Source: an uncultured delta proteobacterium (lineage in GTDB: Bacteria > Myxococcota > Myxococcia > Myxococcales > Anaeromyxobacteraceae). From it: a stretch of 64,000 nt of DNA. The DNA is taken from contig CAWFDF010000008.1 in NCBI GenBank assembly GCA_963814585.1, positions 480,001-544,000 of the forward strand, read 5' to 3'. Below the pieces are notes generated by a model, which was not told the origin of the DNA, did not search any database, and saw only the letters and a program-made list of their open reading frames with translations. The translations under genes and the position numbers were made by a program. Shown here piece after piece: positions 1 through 8,879 of this stretch. Position 1 is the stretch's first letter, and the number at the start of each line of letters is the position of its first letter.

Positions 1-459
1 CACGGCGCTGAAGGCGAAGGGCACCAGGTTGTCGATCGCCAGCTCCCGGCGGGCGTCCAGCACGGCGGTGGCCGCCGCGGCCGCCCTGGCCTGGTCCTGC
101 TCGCGGAGCGCGGCCCGCCGCTCCGCCCAGCGCTCGAAGACGACCTCGAGGCTGGTGGCGACGGGGAGGATGGGCCGGGCCGCCGGCAGCGGTGGGGACT
201 CCGGAGCCCGGGCCTGCTCGGGGGCCGGCAGGCTGTCCGGGGCGTTGGCGGCGGCCGGATCGGGCGGCGGCTCCGACCTGGTCCGATCGGCCGGCCGGTC
301 CACCTGGCCTCGAGGAGCCATCCGGGGCGACGCCCCGTCGGCGGGAGGCGGCGCTTCCGGCTCGTCGTCCACCAGCGCCGGGGTGGAGACCTGCGCCATC
401 GCTGGCCAGGGGAGGAGCGCGAGGACGGCAATGGCGAGGAGCGTCTTCCGGGTCGGCAC
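1..459 (-). CDS. Exported protein of unknown function, N-terminal part (continues beyond the left edge)
   Basis: Manual translation from GTG 459: MPTRKTLLAIAVLALLPWPAMAQ (signal-peptide-like), a Pro/Ala-rich linker, then helical VFERWAERRAALREQDQARA; open to position 1; divergent from mazG. Confidence 0.65.
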   Translation of the reverse strand, partial: MPTRKTLLAIAVLALLPWPAMAQVSTPALVDDEPEAPPPADGASPRMAPRGQVDRPADRTRSEPPPDPAAANAPDSLPAPEQARAPESPPLPAARPILPVATSLEVVFERWAERRAALREQDQARAAAAATAVLDARRELAIDNLVPFAFSAV

Positions 460-506
460 GCGAGGAAGTGATGCTATCACGCCCCCCGCCGCGCTAAACA
501 CGTCCG

Positions 507-1364
507 ATGTCACGCGCTGCAGAAGCCATCGACCGCCTCCTCGCCATCATGGCCCGCCTCCGCGCCCCGGACGGTTGCCCGTGGGACCTCGAGCAGACCC
601 TGGAGACGCTCCGTCCCTACCTCCTCGAGGAGACCTACGAGGTGCTCGAGGCCATCGACGCCGGCGACGCCGCCGCCCACCGCGAGGAGCTGGGCGACCT
701 GCTGCTGCAGATCGTCTTCCAGGCCCGCTTGCGCGAGGAGGACGGCGCCTTCGAGTTCGCCGACGTGGCGGACGCCATCTCCGACAAGCTGATCTCGCGT
801 CATCCGCACGTGTTCGGGGACGGGAAGGTCAAGGACGCGGAGGGCGTGCTGAGGCAGTGGGCGGCGCTGAAGCGCGAGGAGAAGCGGAGGAAGGGAGGGG
901 GCCTGAGCGCCCTCGAGGGGGTACCAAGGGAGCTGCCGTCGCTGGCGCGAGCCGATCGGCTCACCGAGAAGGCCAGCCGGGTCGGATTCGACTGGCCGGA
1001 TCCGGCCGGCGCCCGGGCCAAGGTCGTCGAGGAGCTGCGAGAACTGGACGAGGCGATCGCGACCGGACGGCGCGACCGGATCGAGCACGAGCTGGGCGAC
1101 ACCCTCTTCGCCCTGGCCAACCTGGCCCGCAAGCTCGGGGTGGCGCCCGAGGAGGCCTTGCGGGGAACCGTGGCGCGGTTCATCTCCCGCTTCACACACG
1201 TGGAGCTGGAGCTGACTCGCCGCGGCGTGGCACCGGGAGCCGCCACCCTGGAGGAGATGGATCGGTTCTGGGACGAGGCAAAGGCTCTGGAGGATCAAGC
1301 GAAATCGCCCCGATCGACCCAGCCGGGGGGGGATTCTGGGCCGTTGGGGAAAGTGCGTGGATAA
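507..1364 (+). CDS. mazG: Nucleoside triphosphate pyrophosphohydrolase MazG
   Basis: LRAPDGCPWDLEQT, EETYEVLEAI, EELGDLLLQIVF, RHPHVFG, GFDW, ELGDTLFA: tandem MazG domains. Confidence 0.95.
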   Translation: MSRAAEAIDRLLAIMARLRAPDGCPWDLEQTLETLRPYLLEETYEVLEAIDAGDAAAHREELGDLLLQIVFQARLREEDGAFEFADVADAISDKLISRHPHVFGDGKVKDAEGVLRQWAALKREEKRRKGGGLSALEGVPRELPSLARADRLTEKASRVGFDWPDPAGARAKVVEELRELDEAIATGRRDRIEHELGDTLFALANLARKLGVAPEEALRGTVARFISRFTHVELELTRRGVAPGAATLEEMDRFWDEAKALEDQAKSPRSTQPGGDSGPLGKVRG

Positions 1365-1545
1365 CTTCAGCCACCCCGGTCCGCTTCCAGCCGGAGTCGC
1401 CGTACCGACACCTTCTGTGAAGTGAAGCCGGATGGTTTTTCATGAGTTTTTCCAGCAGCTTGAAGTCCAGCACCCACTTGGTCCATCGTTGCTCCCGGGC
1501 CGGTCCAGCCGGCGGCGCCAGGTCGTTGGTCCAGCGGTGGATAAC
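1345..1545. promoter_or_regulatory. Cluster of DnaA-box-like 9-mers
   Basis: GTGGATAAC at 1357-1365 and 1537-1545 (each in an 8/9 match to TGTGGATAA); weaker TGGGGAAAG at 1345 and TTTTCCAGC near 1448; long, relatively AT-richer spacer. Confidence 0.4.
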
Positions 1546-1791
1546 TCCCCAAGCAAGTGGCGTTCTTGCGCAGGTGCGACAGGGCACCGCGGCGCAATCG
1601 CGTCGGTCCTGCTTGCGCCGCAAGGCCGGGCCAGCCAGGTTGCTGGCCGGTCTTTGTCCCGCAAGGTCCCGGAGCGCAGGTGGCTGGCGGACCCTTGTGG
1701 CCCTAGGGCCCTCTCGTCACGTCCCGCCAGCAGCCCTGGCCAGGAGGAGCTCGGGGCACGGCCGCGGCCTGGCCTTTCCCGGCGCAACTCC

Positions 1792-1820
1792 TTGACTCTC
1801 CAGGGCGCGGGCGGTACATA
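1792..1820 (+). promoter_or_regulatory. Sigma70-type promoter of rpsT
   Basis: TTGACT (1792-1797), 17 nt, TACATA (1815-1820), ~30 nt upstream of rpsT. Confidence 0.7.
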
Positions 1821-1851
1821 GCGCGCCCTCAACTCGCAGGGAGAGTCCGCT

Positions 1852-2121
1852 TTGGCGAACACCGTCTCGGCCCAGAAGCGCAACCGTCAGGCGCAGAAGC
1901 GCCGCACCCGCAACGTCCAGGTCCGCACCGGCGTGAAGAGCGCCGTCAAGAAGGTGCGCGAGGCCCTGGAGAAGGGTGACACCGCCGCCGCCGCCGTGGC
2001 CCTCCAGGCCGCCGAGCGGACCATCGCCAAGGGCGGGTCCAAGGGCGTGGTGCACAAGAACACCGCCTCCCGGAAGATCTCCCGCCTGGCTCACGCCCTG
2101 GCGAAGGCTTCCAGGAAGTAG
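1852..2121 (+). CDS. rpsT: 30S ribosomal protein S20
   Basis: MANTVSAQKRNRQ...KGVVHKNTASRKISRL; TTG start with GGGAGAG upstream. Confidence 0.97.
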   Translation: MANTVSAQKRNRQAQKRRTRNVQVRTGVKSAVKKVREALEKGDTAAAAVALQAAERTIAKGGSKGVVHKNTASRKISRLAHALAKASRK

Positions 2122-2147
2122 CCGGCCCGGCGTGCCGTCCGGCGCCA

Positions 2148-2630
2148 TCACTCCTCGAACGCGCTCAGGACGTCGCGGGCCGCCTCGCTGGCGAGCCGTC
2201 GCAGCGCCTGGGCTCGCCGTGCTTCGCCCTCCAGCGCGTCGGCCCCGGTGAGGTAGTCGGCCTCCCTCCGGACCTGCCGCTCCAGCACCAGCGCCCCGTC
2301 GACCGACAACCGCGCCAGGACCACCAGGCCGACGCGCTGGGTGGCGCCGGAGCCGAAGGACGGCGCCACCGAGTCGGTCTGGACCTGCCCGTCGATGAGC
2401 CCGCGCCCGCCGTCCCCGCCAGCGCCCCGGCGCGCCAGCGCCTCGCGGAGCGCCGTGGTCACCTCCACGCCCACGGAGGGGTCGGTGGAGAGGTTCTCGA
2501 AGGGGCGGACCTCGGCCCGATTGGCGCCGCCCCGAAGCTTCAGCCCGGCCGAGACGCCGTAGCCGCACCCGGACAGCAGCAGCACCCCGGCCGCCAGCCT
2601 CGCCAGGCGCCAGTGAGGGCGTGGCCTCAT
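2148..2630 (-). CDS. lptE: LPS assembly lipoprotein LptE-like
   Basis: Lipobox LLLSGCGY, VRPFENLS motif, directly downstream of leuS (usual synteny); ATG at 2630. Confidence 0.75.
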   Translation of the reverse strand: MRPRPHWRLARLAAGVLLLSGCGYGVSAGLKLRGGANRAEVRPFENLSTDPSVGVEVTTALREALARRGAGGDGGRGLIDGQVQTDSVAPSFGSGATQRVGLVVLARLSVDGALVLERQVRREADYLTGADALEGEARRAQALRRLASEAARDVLSAFEE

Positions 2631-2634
2631 GGCG

Positions 2635-5130
2635 CTACCCCGCGACCACGTAGTTGATGAGCCGGCCCCGGACGTAGACCACCTTCTTGACCGCCTTGCC
2701 GCGCAGGTACCCCTGCACCTTCTCGTCGGCCTCGGCGGCCGCCCGCACCTCGGCCTCGGTGGCGGCCGCCGGGACCCGCACGTCACCGCGCAGCTTGCCG
2801 TTCACCTGGACCGCGACGGTGACCGTGTCGGCCACGATGAGGTGCGCGTCGAAGGCTGGCCAGGGCTCCTCGGCCAGCAGGCGATCGCGCGCCGGCGGCC
2901 CGAGCACCTCGTGCCAGAGCTCCTCGGCGACATGGGGCGCGAACGGGGACAGCAGCGTGGCCATCGCCACCAGCGCCTCCCTGACCGCCGCCTGCTCCGG
3001 CTCCGCCCTGGGCTCCAGCCCCTGCAGCGCGTTCATCAGCTCCATCAGCGCGGCGATGCCGGTGTTGAACTTCAGGTCATCCTGCATCCCTTCGGTGACC
3101 TTCTTGATGGTCCGGTGGGTGCGCCGCCGAAGCTCGAGGTAGGCCCCGCTGGCCTGGGCCAGGGCGCCCTCCGGGGCGCCGAAGCAGGCCTGCCGCCCGT
3201 GGAAGAGCCGCCAGATCCGGGTGAGGAAGCGGAAGAGGCCGTCGACCTGCTCGTCCGACCAGTCGATGTCCTTCTCGGGAGGCGCGGCGAAGAGCATGAA
3301 GAGCCGCACCGTGTCGGCACCGAACCGGTCGACCATGTAGCCGGGCGCGACCACGTTGTTCCAGCGCTTCGACATCTTGCGGCCGTCGGGGCCGTTGACG
3401 ATCCCCTGGGTCACCAGTCGCCGGCAGGGCTCCGGCTCGTGCGTCAGCCCCAGCTCGTGCATCACCCGGTGCCAGAAGCGGAAGTAGAGCAGGTGCATGA
3501 CGGCGTGCTCGGGGCCGCCGACGTAGACGTCGACCGGGAGCCAGCGGCTGGCCAGCGCCGGGTCGAAGGGCTGGGTGGCGTCCCGGGGCGAGAGGTAGCG
3601 GGCGTAGTACCAGGCCGAGTCGACGAAGGTGTCCATCGTCTCGGTCTCGCGCCGCGCCGGCCTCCCGCAGGTCGGACAGGCGGCGCTCACGAACTCGGGC
3701 ACCTTGGCCAGCGGCGGCTCCCCGGTGCCGGTGATGATGGCCTGCGGCGGCAGCTCGACCGGCAGCTGGTCGTAGGGGACGGGCACGGCGCCGTGGGTGT
3801 CGCAGTGGATGATGGGGATGGGCGTCCCCCAGTAGCGCTGGCGGGAGAATCCCCAGTCCCGCAGGTGCCAGCGGACGGTGGCGCCGCCGAAGCCCCCGGC
3901 GGCCGCGTGGGCGCTCATCCGCTCGCGGGCCTGGGCCGAGGCCAGACCCGTGAACGGTCCCGACGCCTCGGTGACCCCGTCGGCGGTGGTGGCGGCGGCG
4001 AGCTGGTCGCCGGGCGGGGTCGGCTCCCCGCCGGCGGGCTGAATGACGGTGCGGATGGGCAGGCCGTACTTCCGGGCGAACTCGAAGTCGCGCTGGTCGT
4101 GGGCCGGGACGCTCATCACCGCGCCGGTGCCGTACTCGGCCAGGACGAAGTTGGCGATCCAGACCGGCACCGGCTCGCCGGTGAACGGGTTGAGGGCGTA
4201 GGCCCCGGTGAAGACGCCCTCCTTGGGCGCCCCCTCCCCGGTCCGCTCGGCGGCCTCGGTCTTCCTCATCCGGGCGACGAAGGCCTCCACCTCGCCCTTC
4301 CGCTCGGGCCTGGTGACCGCGGCGGTGAGTGGGTGCTCCGGCGCCAGCACCACGTAGGTGCAGCCGTAGATGGTGTCGATGCGGGTGGTGAAGACCTTGA
4401 TCCTCTCGGGCCCGCCCTGCACCGCGAAGTCGATCTCGGCACCGGTCGACTTGCCGATCCAGTTGCGCTGCATGGTGGTGATCCGCTCGGGCCACCCGGT
4501 GAGCGTGTCGAGCCCCTCCAGCAGCCGGTCGGCGTAGGCGGTGATGCGAAAGGCCCACTCGCCGATCACCTTGTCGACCACGGGCGAGCTGCAGCGCTCG
4601 CAGAGGTTGTCGTCCACCACCTGCTCGTTGGCGATGACCGTGAGGCAGCCGGTGCACCAGTTGGCCTTGCCCTGCCGCCGGTAGACGATGCCCCGCTCCA
4701 GCATCTTCAGGAAGAACCACTGGTTCCACCGGTAATACGACGGGTCGGCGGTGACCACCTCGCGGTCCCAGTCGAAGGCGTAGCCGAGGCTCTTCATCTC
4801 GGCGCGGAAGCTGACGATGTTCTCGGCGGTCCGCTCGGCCGGGTGCCGGCCGTCCTTGATGGCGGCGTTCTCGGCCGGCAGGCCGAGGGCGTCGAAGCCG
4901 ATGGGGTGGAGCACGTCGTAGCCGCGCATGCGCAGGAACCGAGCCAGGGCGTCGCCGATGGTGTAGACGCGGGCGTGGCCCATGTGCATGGCGCCCGACG
5001 GGTACGGGAACATCTCCAGGACGTAGCGGGGCTCGGCCTGGGGCCGGCGTCCGGCCTTGAAGACCCCGGCCTGGTCCCACCGCTCCTGCCAGCGCGCCTC
5101 GATCGCCTGCGGCTCGTATCGCTCGTTCAT
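2635..5130 (-). CDS. leuS: Leucyl-tRNA synthetase
   Basis: MFPYPSGAMHMGH (HIGH), KMSKR (KMSKS), SRQRYWGTPIP, VQVNGKLRG; start at ATG 5130 or 5136. Confidence 0.97.
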   Translation of the reverse strand: MNERYEPQAIEARWQERWDQAGVFKAGRRPQAEPRYVLEMFPYPSGAMHMGHARVYTIGDALARFLRMRGYDVLHPIGFDALGLPAENAAIKDGRHPAERTAENIVSFRAEMKSLGYAFDWDREVVTADPSYYRWNQWFFLKMLERGIVYRRQGKANWCTGCLTVIANEQVVDDNLCERCSSPVVDKVIGEWAFRITAYADRLLEGLDTLTGWPERITTMQRNWIGKSTGAEIDFAVQGGPERIKVFTTRIDTIYGCTYVVLAPEHPLTAAVTRPERKGEVEAFVARMRKTEAAERTGEGAPKEGVFTGAYALNPFTGEPVPVWIANFVLAEYGTGAVMSVPAHDQRDFEFARKYGLPIRTVIQPAGGEPTPPGDQLAAATTADGVTEASGPFTGLASAQARERMSAHAAAGGFGGATVRWHLRDWGFSRQRYWGTPIPIIHCDTHGAVPVPYDQLPVELPPQAIITGTGEPPLAKVPEFVSAACPTCGRPARRETETMDTFVDSAWYYARYLSPRDATQPFDPALASRWLPVDVYVGGPEHAVMHLLYFRFWHRVMHELGLTHEPEPCRRLVTQGIVNGPDGRKMSKRWNNVVAPGYMVDRFGADTVRLFMLFAAPPEKDIDWSDEQVDGLFRFLTRIWRLFHGRQACFGAPEGALAQASGAYLELRRRTHRTIKKVTEGMQDDLKFNTGIAALMELMNALQGLEPRAEPEQAAVREALVAMATLLSPFAPHVAEELWHEVLGPPARDRLLAEEPWPAFDAHLIVADTVTVAVQVNGKLRGDVRVPAAATEAEVRAAAEADEKVQGYLRGKAVKKVVYVRGRLINYVVAG

Positions 5131-5206
5131 GCTCATAAGGGGGGCGGATTGTAGCCGAGAACCCGGCGCTTTTCCGCTCCCGCCCCGCGGGGTATGGTCC
5201 GCCCCC

Positions 5207-6513
5207 ATGTTCCCCCCCGTCCATGTCGCCGACATCGCCTCCCACGACGGCCAGGAGGTCACCCTCCACGGCTGGCTCCACCACCGGGCCTCCAAGGGGA
5301 AGCTCCACTTCCTCCAGCTCCGTGACGGCACCGGGATCATCCAGTGCGTGGTCTTCAAGGGCAACGTCACGCCCGAGGTCTTCTTCGAGGCCGACCACCT
5401 GCCCCAGGAGACCTCCATCTCCGTCCGCGGCCTGGTCAAGAAGGACGACCGCTCCGCCATCGGCTACGAGCTCGACGTCCGCGACCTCACGGTGGTGGCC
5501 CGGCCATCGCAGGAGTTCCCGCTCGGCCACAAGGAGCACGGCGTCGCCTTCCTGATGGAGCAGCGCCACCTCTGGCTCCGCTCCCAGCGGCAGACCGTGG
5601 TGCTCCGGGTGCGCGCCACGGTGGTCAAGGCCATCCGCGACTTCTTCGACGACCGCGGCTTCACGCTGGTCGACGCCCCCATCTTCACGCCCGGCCGCCT
5701 GCGAGGGGACCAGCAGCCTCTTCGAGGTCCCCTACTTCGATCTCGGCAAGGCGTACCTGACGCAGTCGGGCCAGCTCTACATGGAGGCCGGCGCCATGGC
5801 GCTCGGCAAGGTCTACTGCTTCGGCCCCACCTTCCGCGCCGAGAAGTCGAAGACCCGCCGCCACCTGACCGAGTTCTGGATGGTGGAGCCGGAGGTGGCC
5901 TTCATGGACCTCGACGGCGACATGGAGCTGATGGAGCAGTTCGTCTCCTCCGTGGTGGGCAAGGTGCTGGAGAAGCACGAGAGGGAGCTGGCCACCGTCC
6001 TCGAGCGCGACGTCTCGAAGCTGAGGAACGTCAAGCCGCCCTTCCCGCGCATCACCTACACCGAGGCGGTGGCGGTGCTGCAGAAGGCCGGCCACCCCAT
6101 GAAGTGGGGCGACGACATCGGCGGCGACGAGGAGACGGTCCTGGCCAGCGCCTACGACCGGCCGGTCATGGTCCACCGCTATCCGGCCGAGATGAAGGCC
6201 TTCTACTTCAAGAAGGACCCGGCCGACTCCAAGGTGGCGCTCGGGTGTGACGTGCTGGCGCCCGAGGGCTACGGCGGAGATCATCGGCGGCGGCCAGCGC
6301 GAGGACGACCTGGCCACGCTGGAGGCGGCCATCGCCCACCACGGCCTGCCCAAGGAGGCCTTCGAGTGGTACCTCGACCTGCGCCGCTACGGCACGGTGC
6401 CCCACGCCGGCTTCGGCATGGGCGTGGAGCGCTCCGTGGCCTGGGTCTGCGGGCTCCACCACGTCCGGGAGACCATCCCCTTCGCGCGGATGATGGAGCG
6501 GATCACCCCTTGA
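5207..6513 (+). CDS. asnS: Asparaginyl-tRNA synthetase, with two apparent +1 frameshifts (~5692, ~6277)
   Basis: [13 protein letters not shown]; after the shift [39 protein letters not shown]; then [31 protein letters not shown]. Removing one base at each site restores the frame. Confidence 0.9.
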
Positions 6514-6562
6514 TGGCGCGGCGCCGTGGGCCGCGCACGCCGCCCCGGCGAGGTCGTGGGAC

Positions 6563-6580
6563 GGGCGTCACTCGACGCCC
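6563..6580. terminator. GC-rich hairpin between convergent asnS and cheY
   Basis: GGGCGTC-ACTC-GACGCCC; no U-tract. Confidence 0.3.
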
Positions 6581-6586
6581 CAGCGG

Positions 6587-6964
6587 CTAGCGGCGTCCCA
6601 GCAGCCCCCGCACCGTCTCCACCAGCACGGCCGGCTCCGCGGCCTTGAGCAGGTAGGCATCGACCCCGACCTCGGTCGCCCGCCCTCGGTCGGCGCCGGA
6701 GTCCTCCGTGGTGACCACCACGATGGGCATGGCGCGGTGGGGGCCAGCCTGGCGGACCAGCGCCGCCAGCTTGATCCCGTCGAGCCGCGGCATGTTGATG
6801 TCGGTGATGAGGATGTCGAACCGGCCTCCCGCCAGCAGCCGCCAGGCCTCGGCGCCGTCGCTGGCCTCCCGCAGGACGAGCCCCGGGAGGACGGCCAGCG
6901 TCGCGCAGATCCGCTGGCGCATGGCGGCGCTGTCATCGACGACCAGGGCGGTGCGCCCGATCAC
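6587..6964 (-). CDS. cheY: Single-domain response regulator (CheY-like)
   Basis: [29 protein letters not shown] start overlaps the cheB stop (GTGA). Confidence 0.85.
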   Translation of the reverse strand: MIGRTALVVDDSAAMRQRICATLAVLPGLVLREASDGAEAWRLLAGGRFDILITDINMPRLDGIKLAALVRQAGPHRAMPIVVVTTEDSGADRGRATEVGVDAYLLKAAEPAVLVETVRGLLGRR

Positions 6965-8025
6965 CACTCGCTCCGGGCGAAGTCGGCCAGGCGGCCGGCG
7001 ATGGCGTGGAGGCCCAGCGACTGATCCACCAACCCGGTGGCGACCGCCGCCCGCGGCATCCCGTAGATCACGGCGGTCATCTCCGACTCGGCGAGGGTGA
7101 GGCCTCCGGCGGCCTTGACCGCCCGCAGGCCGGCCGCCCCGTCGCTCCCCATCCCGGTGAGCACCACCGCGCAGAGCCGCCTCGGCATGGCCAGCGCCGC
7201 CGAGGTGAAGAGCCGGTCGATGCTGGGGCAGTAGCGCTCGGAGAAGCCGTCCGCCTCGGGCGCGGCCAGGGCCACGCGCAGCGCCCCGGTGCCGCGCTCG
7301 CGACGCAGCTCGAGGTGCCGCCCGCCCGGCGCGATGAGCACCCGTCCGGCCGCCACCAGGTCCCCTTCGGCCGCCTCCGACACCGCGAAGGTCGAGGTGC
7401 GCGCCAGCCGCTCGGCGAAGGCCCGCGTGAACTTCTCCGGCATGTGCTGGGCCACCAGCACCCCGAGCGGCAGGTCGCCCGGCAGCGCGCCCAGCAGCTC
7501 CTGCAGCGCCTGCGGGCCGCCGGTCGAGGCGCCGATCACCGCCAGGCGCGCCGGCTCTACCGGCGGCCTCGGATCGGCGGGCTCGCGCTCGAGGCGTGGG
7601 CGGGAGGCGAGGTTCCCGAGCTGAAGCCCGCGGATCCCCCCGCACTTGGCCAGCAGCTCGTCCCGGATCGCCTCGAGCCCGCCCCGCTCCGGCTTGGCCA
7701 CGAAGTCGAGGGCGCCCAGCTCGAGCGACTTGAAGACGTCGGCCCGCCGCGAGGTGGAGGAGAGGACGATCACCGGGGTCGGCCGTCGCGCCATGAGCAG
7801 CCGGAGGAAGGTGAAGCCATCCATGCGCGGCATCTGCAGGTCGAGCACGATGGCGTCGGGGCGCAACGCCACCACCTCGCGCAACGCCTGCTCGCCATCC
7901 CGGGCGTGGCCCACCACGGCGAGCTCGCCCGCGGTCTCCAGCACGCGCTGCAGCTCGCCGAGGCTGAGCGCCGAGTCGTCGACCAGCAGGAGCCGAAGCC
8001 GGCCCGACGGGTAGGGGGCGGTCAC
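6961..8025 (-). CDS. cheB: Chemotaxis methylesterase CheB (REC + esterase)
   Basis: REC domain (DLQMPRMDG), GASTGGP, QHMP, LTGMGSDG. Confidence 0.95.
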   Translation of the reverse strand: MTAPYPSGRLRLLLVDDSALSLGELQRVLETAGELAVVGHARDGEQALREVVALRPDAIVLDLQMPRMDGFTFLRLLMARRPTPVIVLSSTSRRADVFKSLELGALDFVAKPERGGLEAIRDELLAKCGGIRGLQLGNLASRPRLEREPADPRPPVEPARLAVIGASTGGPQALQELLGALPGDLPLGVLVAQHMPEKFTRAFAERLARTSTFAVSEAAEGDLVAAGRVLIAPGGRHLELRRERGTGALRVALAAPEADGFSERYCPSIDRLFTSAALAMPRRLCAVVLTGMGSDGAAGLRAVKAAGGLTLAESEMTAVIYGMPRAAVATGLVDQSLGLHAIAGRLADFARSEW

Positions 8026-8879
8026 GGCGCGGCCTCGGCGCGAGGCTTGCGGAAGACCAGCTCCCTGTCCAGGTGGACCAGCTCGAAGTCGGCGCTGAGC
8101 TGCAGGAGCGACTCGGCGTGGCCGAGCAGCAGCCAGCCCCCGTCACCCAGCCGGGCGTGGAGCTGCCGGAGCACGCGCCGGCGCGCCGGGAGGTCGAAGT
8201 AGAGCAGCACGTTGCGGCAGAGGATCACGTCGAACGGGGCCTCCGGCATCCCTTCGCCGTCGAGCAGGTTGGCGGCGCCGAGACGGACCACGCGCCGCAG
8301 CGCCTCGTCCACCACCCAGCGTCCTTCCTGCAGGTGGAACCAGCGCCGGAGCGCCTTCCCCTCGACGCTGCGGAAGGCCTGCTCGGCGTAGGAGCCGGCC
8401 AGCCCCCGGGCCAGGCAGCGCCGGGAGAGATCGACGCCGTGCACCTCGATGGCCCAGCCCTCGAAGCGCGGCGAGCCGAGCACCAGCGCGGCCAGCGTGT
8501 AGGCCTCCTCCCCGGTGGCGCAGCCGGCCGAGAGCAGCCGCAGCCGCCGCTCGCCGGCGCGCGCCCGCTGCAGCACCGGGAGGATGTCCCGCTCGAGGGC
8601 GCGCAGCTGCTCCGGCTCCCGGTAGAAGTAGGTCTCGTTGGTGGTGAGCACCTCGGCGGCGGCGGCGAGCTCGGCCGGCCCGCGCGGGTCGAGCCGGAGG
8701 AAGCGCTGGTAGGTGTCGAAGTCGCCCAGGCCGTGGAGGGCCAGGCGCGGTCCCAGGCGCAGCTCCAGCAGGAAGCGCAGATCGTCGTGGAACCAGAGGC
8801 CGAAGCGGCCGTGGAACTGCTCGCGCAGGAGCCGGAAGGTCGCCTCCGGGAGCTGGGGCCGTCGCTCCGATCCATCCAT
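8022..8879 (-). CDS. cheR: Chemotaxis methyltransferase CheR
   Basis: TTNETYFYRE, SAGCATGEEAYT, FDVILCRNVLLYF, LLLGHAES. Confidence 0.95.
   Translation of the reverse strand: MDGSERRPQLPEATFRLLREQFHGRFGLWFHDDLRFLLELRLGPRLALHGLGDFDTYQRFLRLDPRGPAELAAAAEVLTTNETYFYREPEQLRALERDILPVLQRARAGERRLRLLSAGCATGEEAYTLAALVLGSPRFEGWAIEVHGVDLSRRCLARGLAGSYAEQAFRSVEGKALRRWFHLQEGRWVVDEALRRVVRLGAANLLDGEGMPEAPFDVILCRNVLLYFDLPARRRVLRQLHARLGDGGWLLLGHAESLLQLSADFELVHLDRELVFRKPRAEAAP

Noticed and set aside
2629..5154. Long antisense or alternate-frame ORFs (e.g. 2629-5154 +, 11638-15909 +, 26777-30493 +, 46181-49369 +, 60184-63918 -)
   Set aside because: Shadows of real genes caused by high GC3; low-complexity translations without family motifs
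5680..6290. Programmed ribosomal frameshifting in asnS
   Set aside because: No slippery heptamer; the same +1 pattern recurs in many unrelated genes, so sequencing error is simpler
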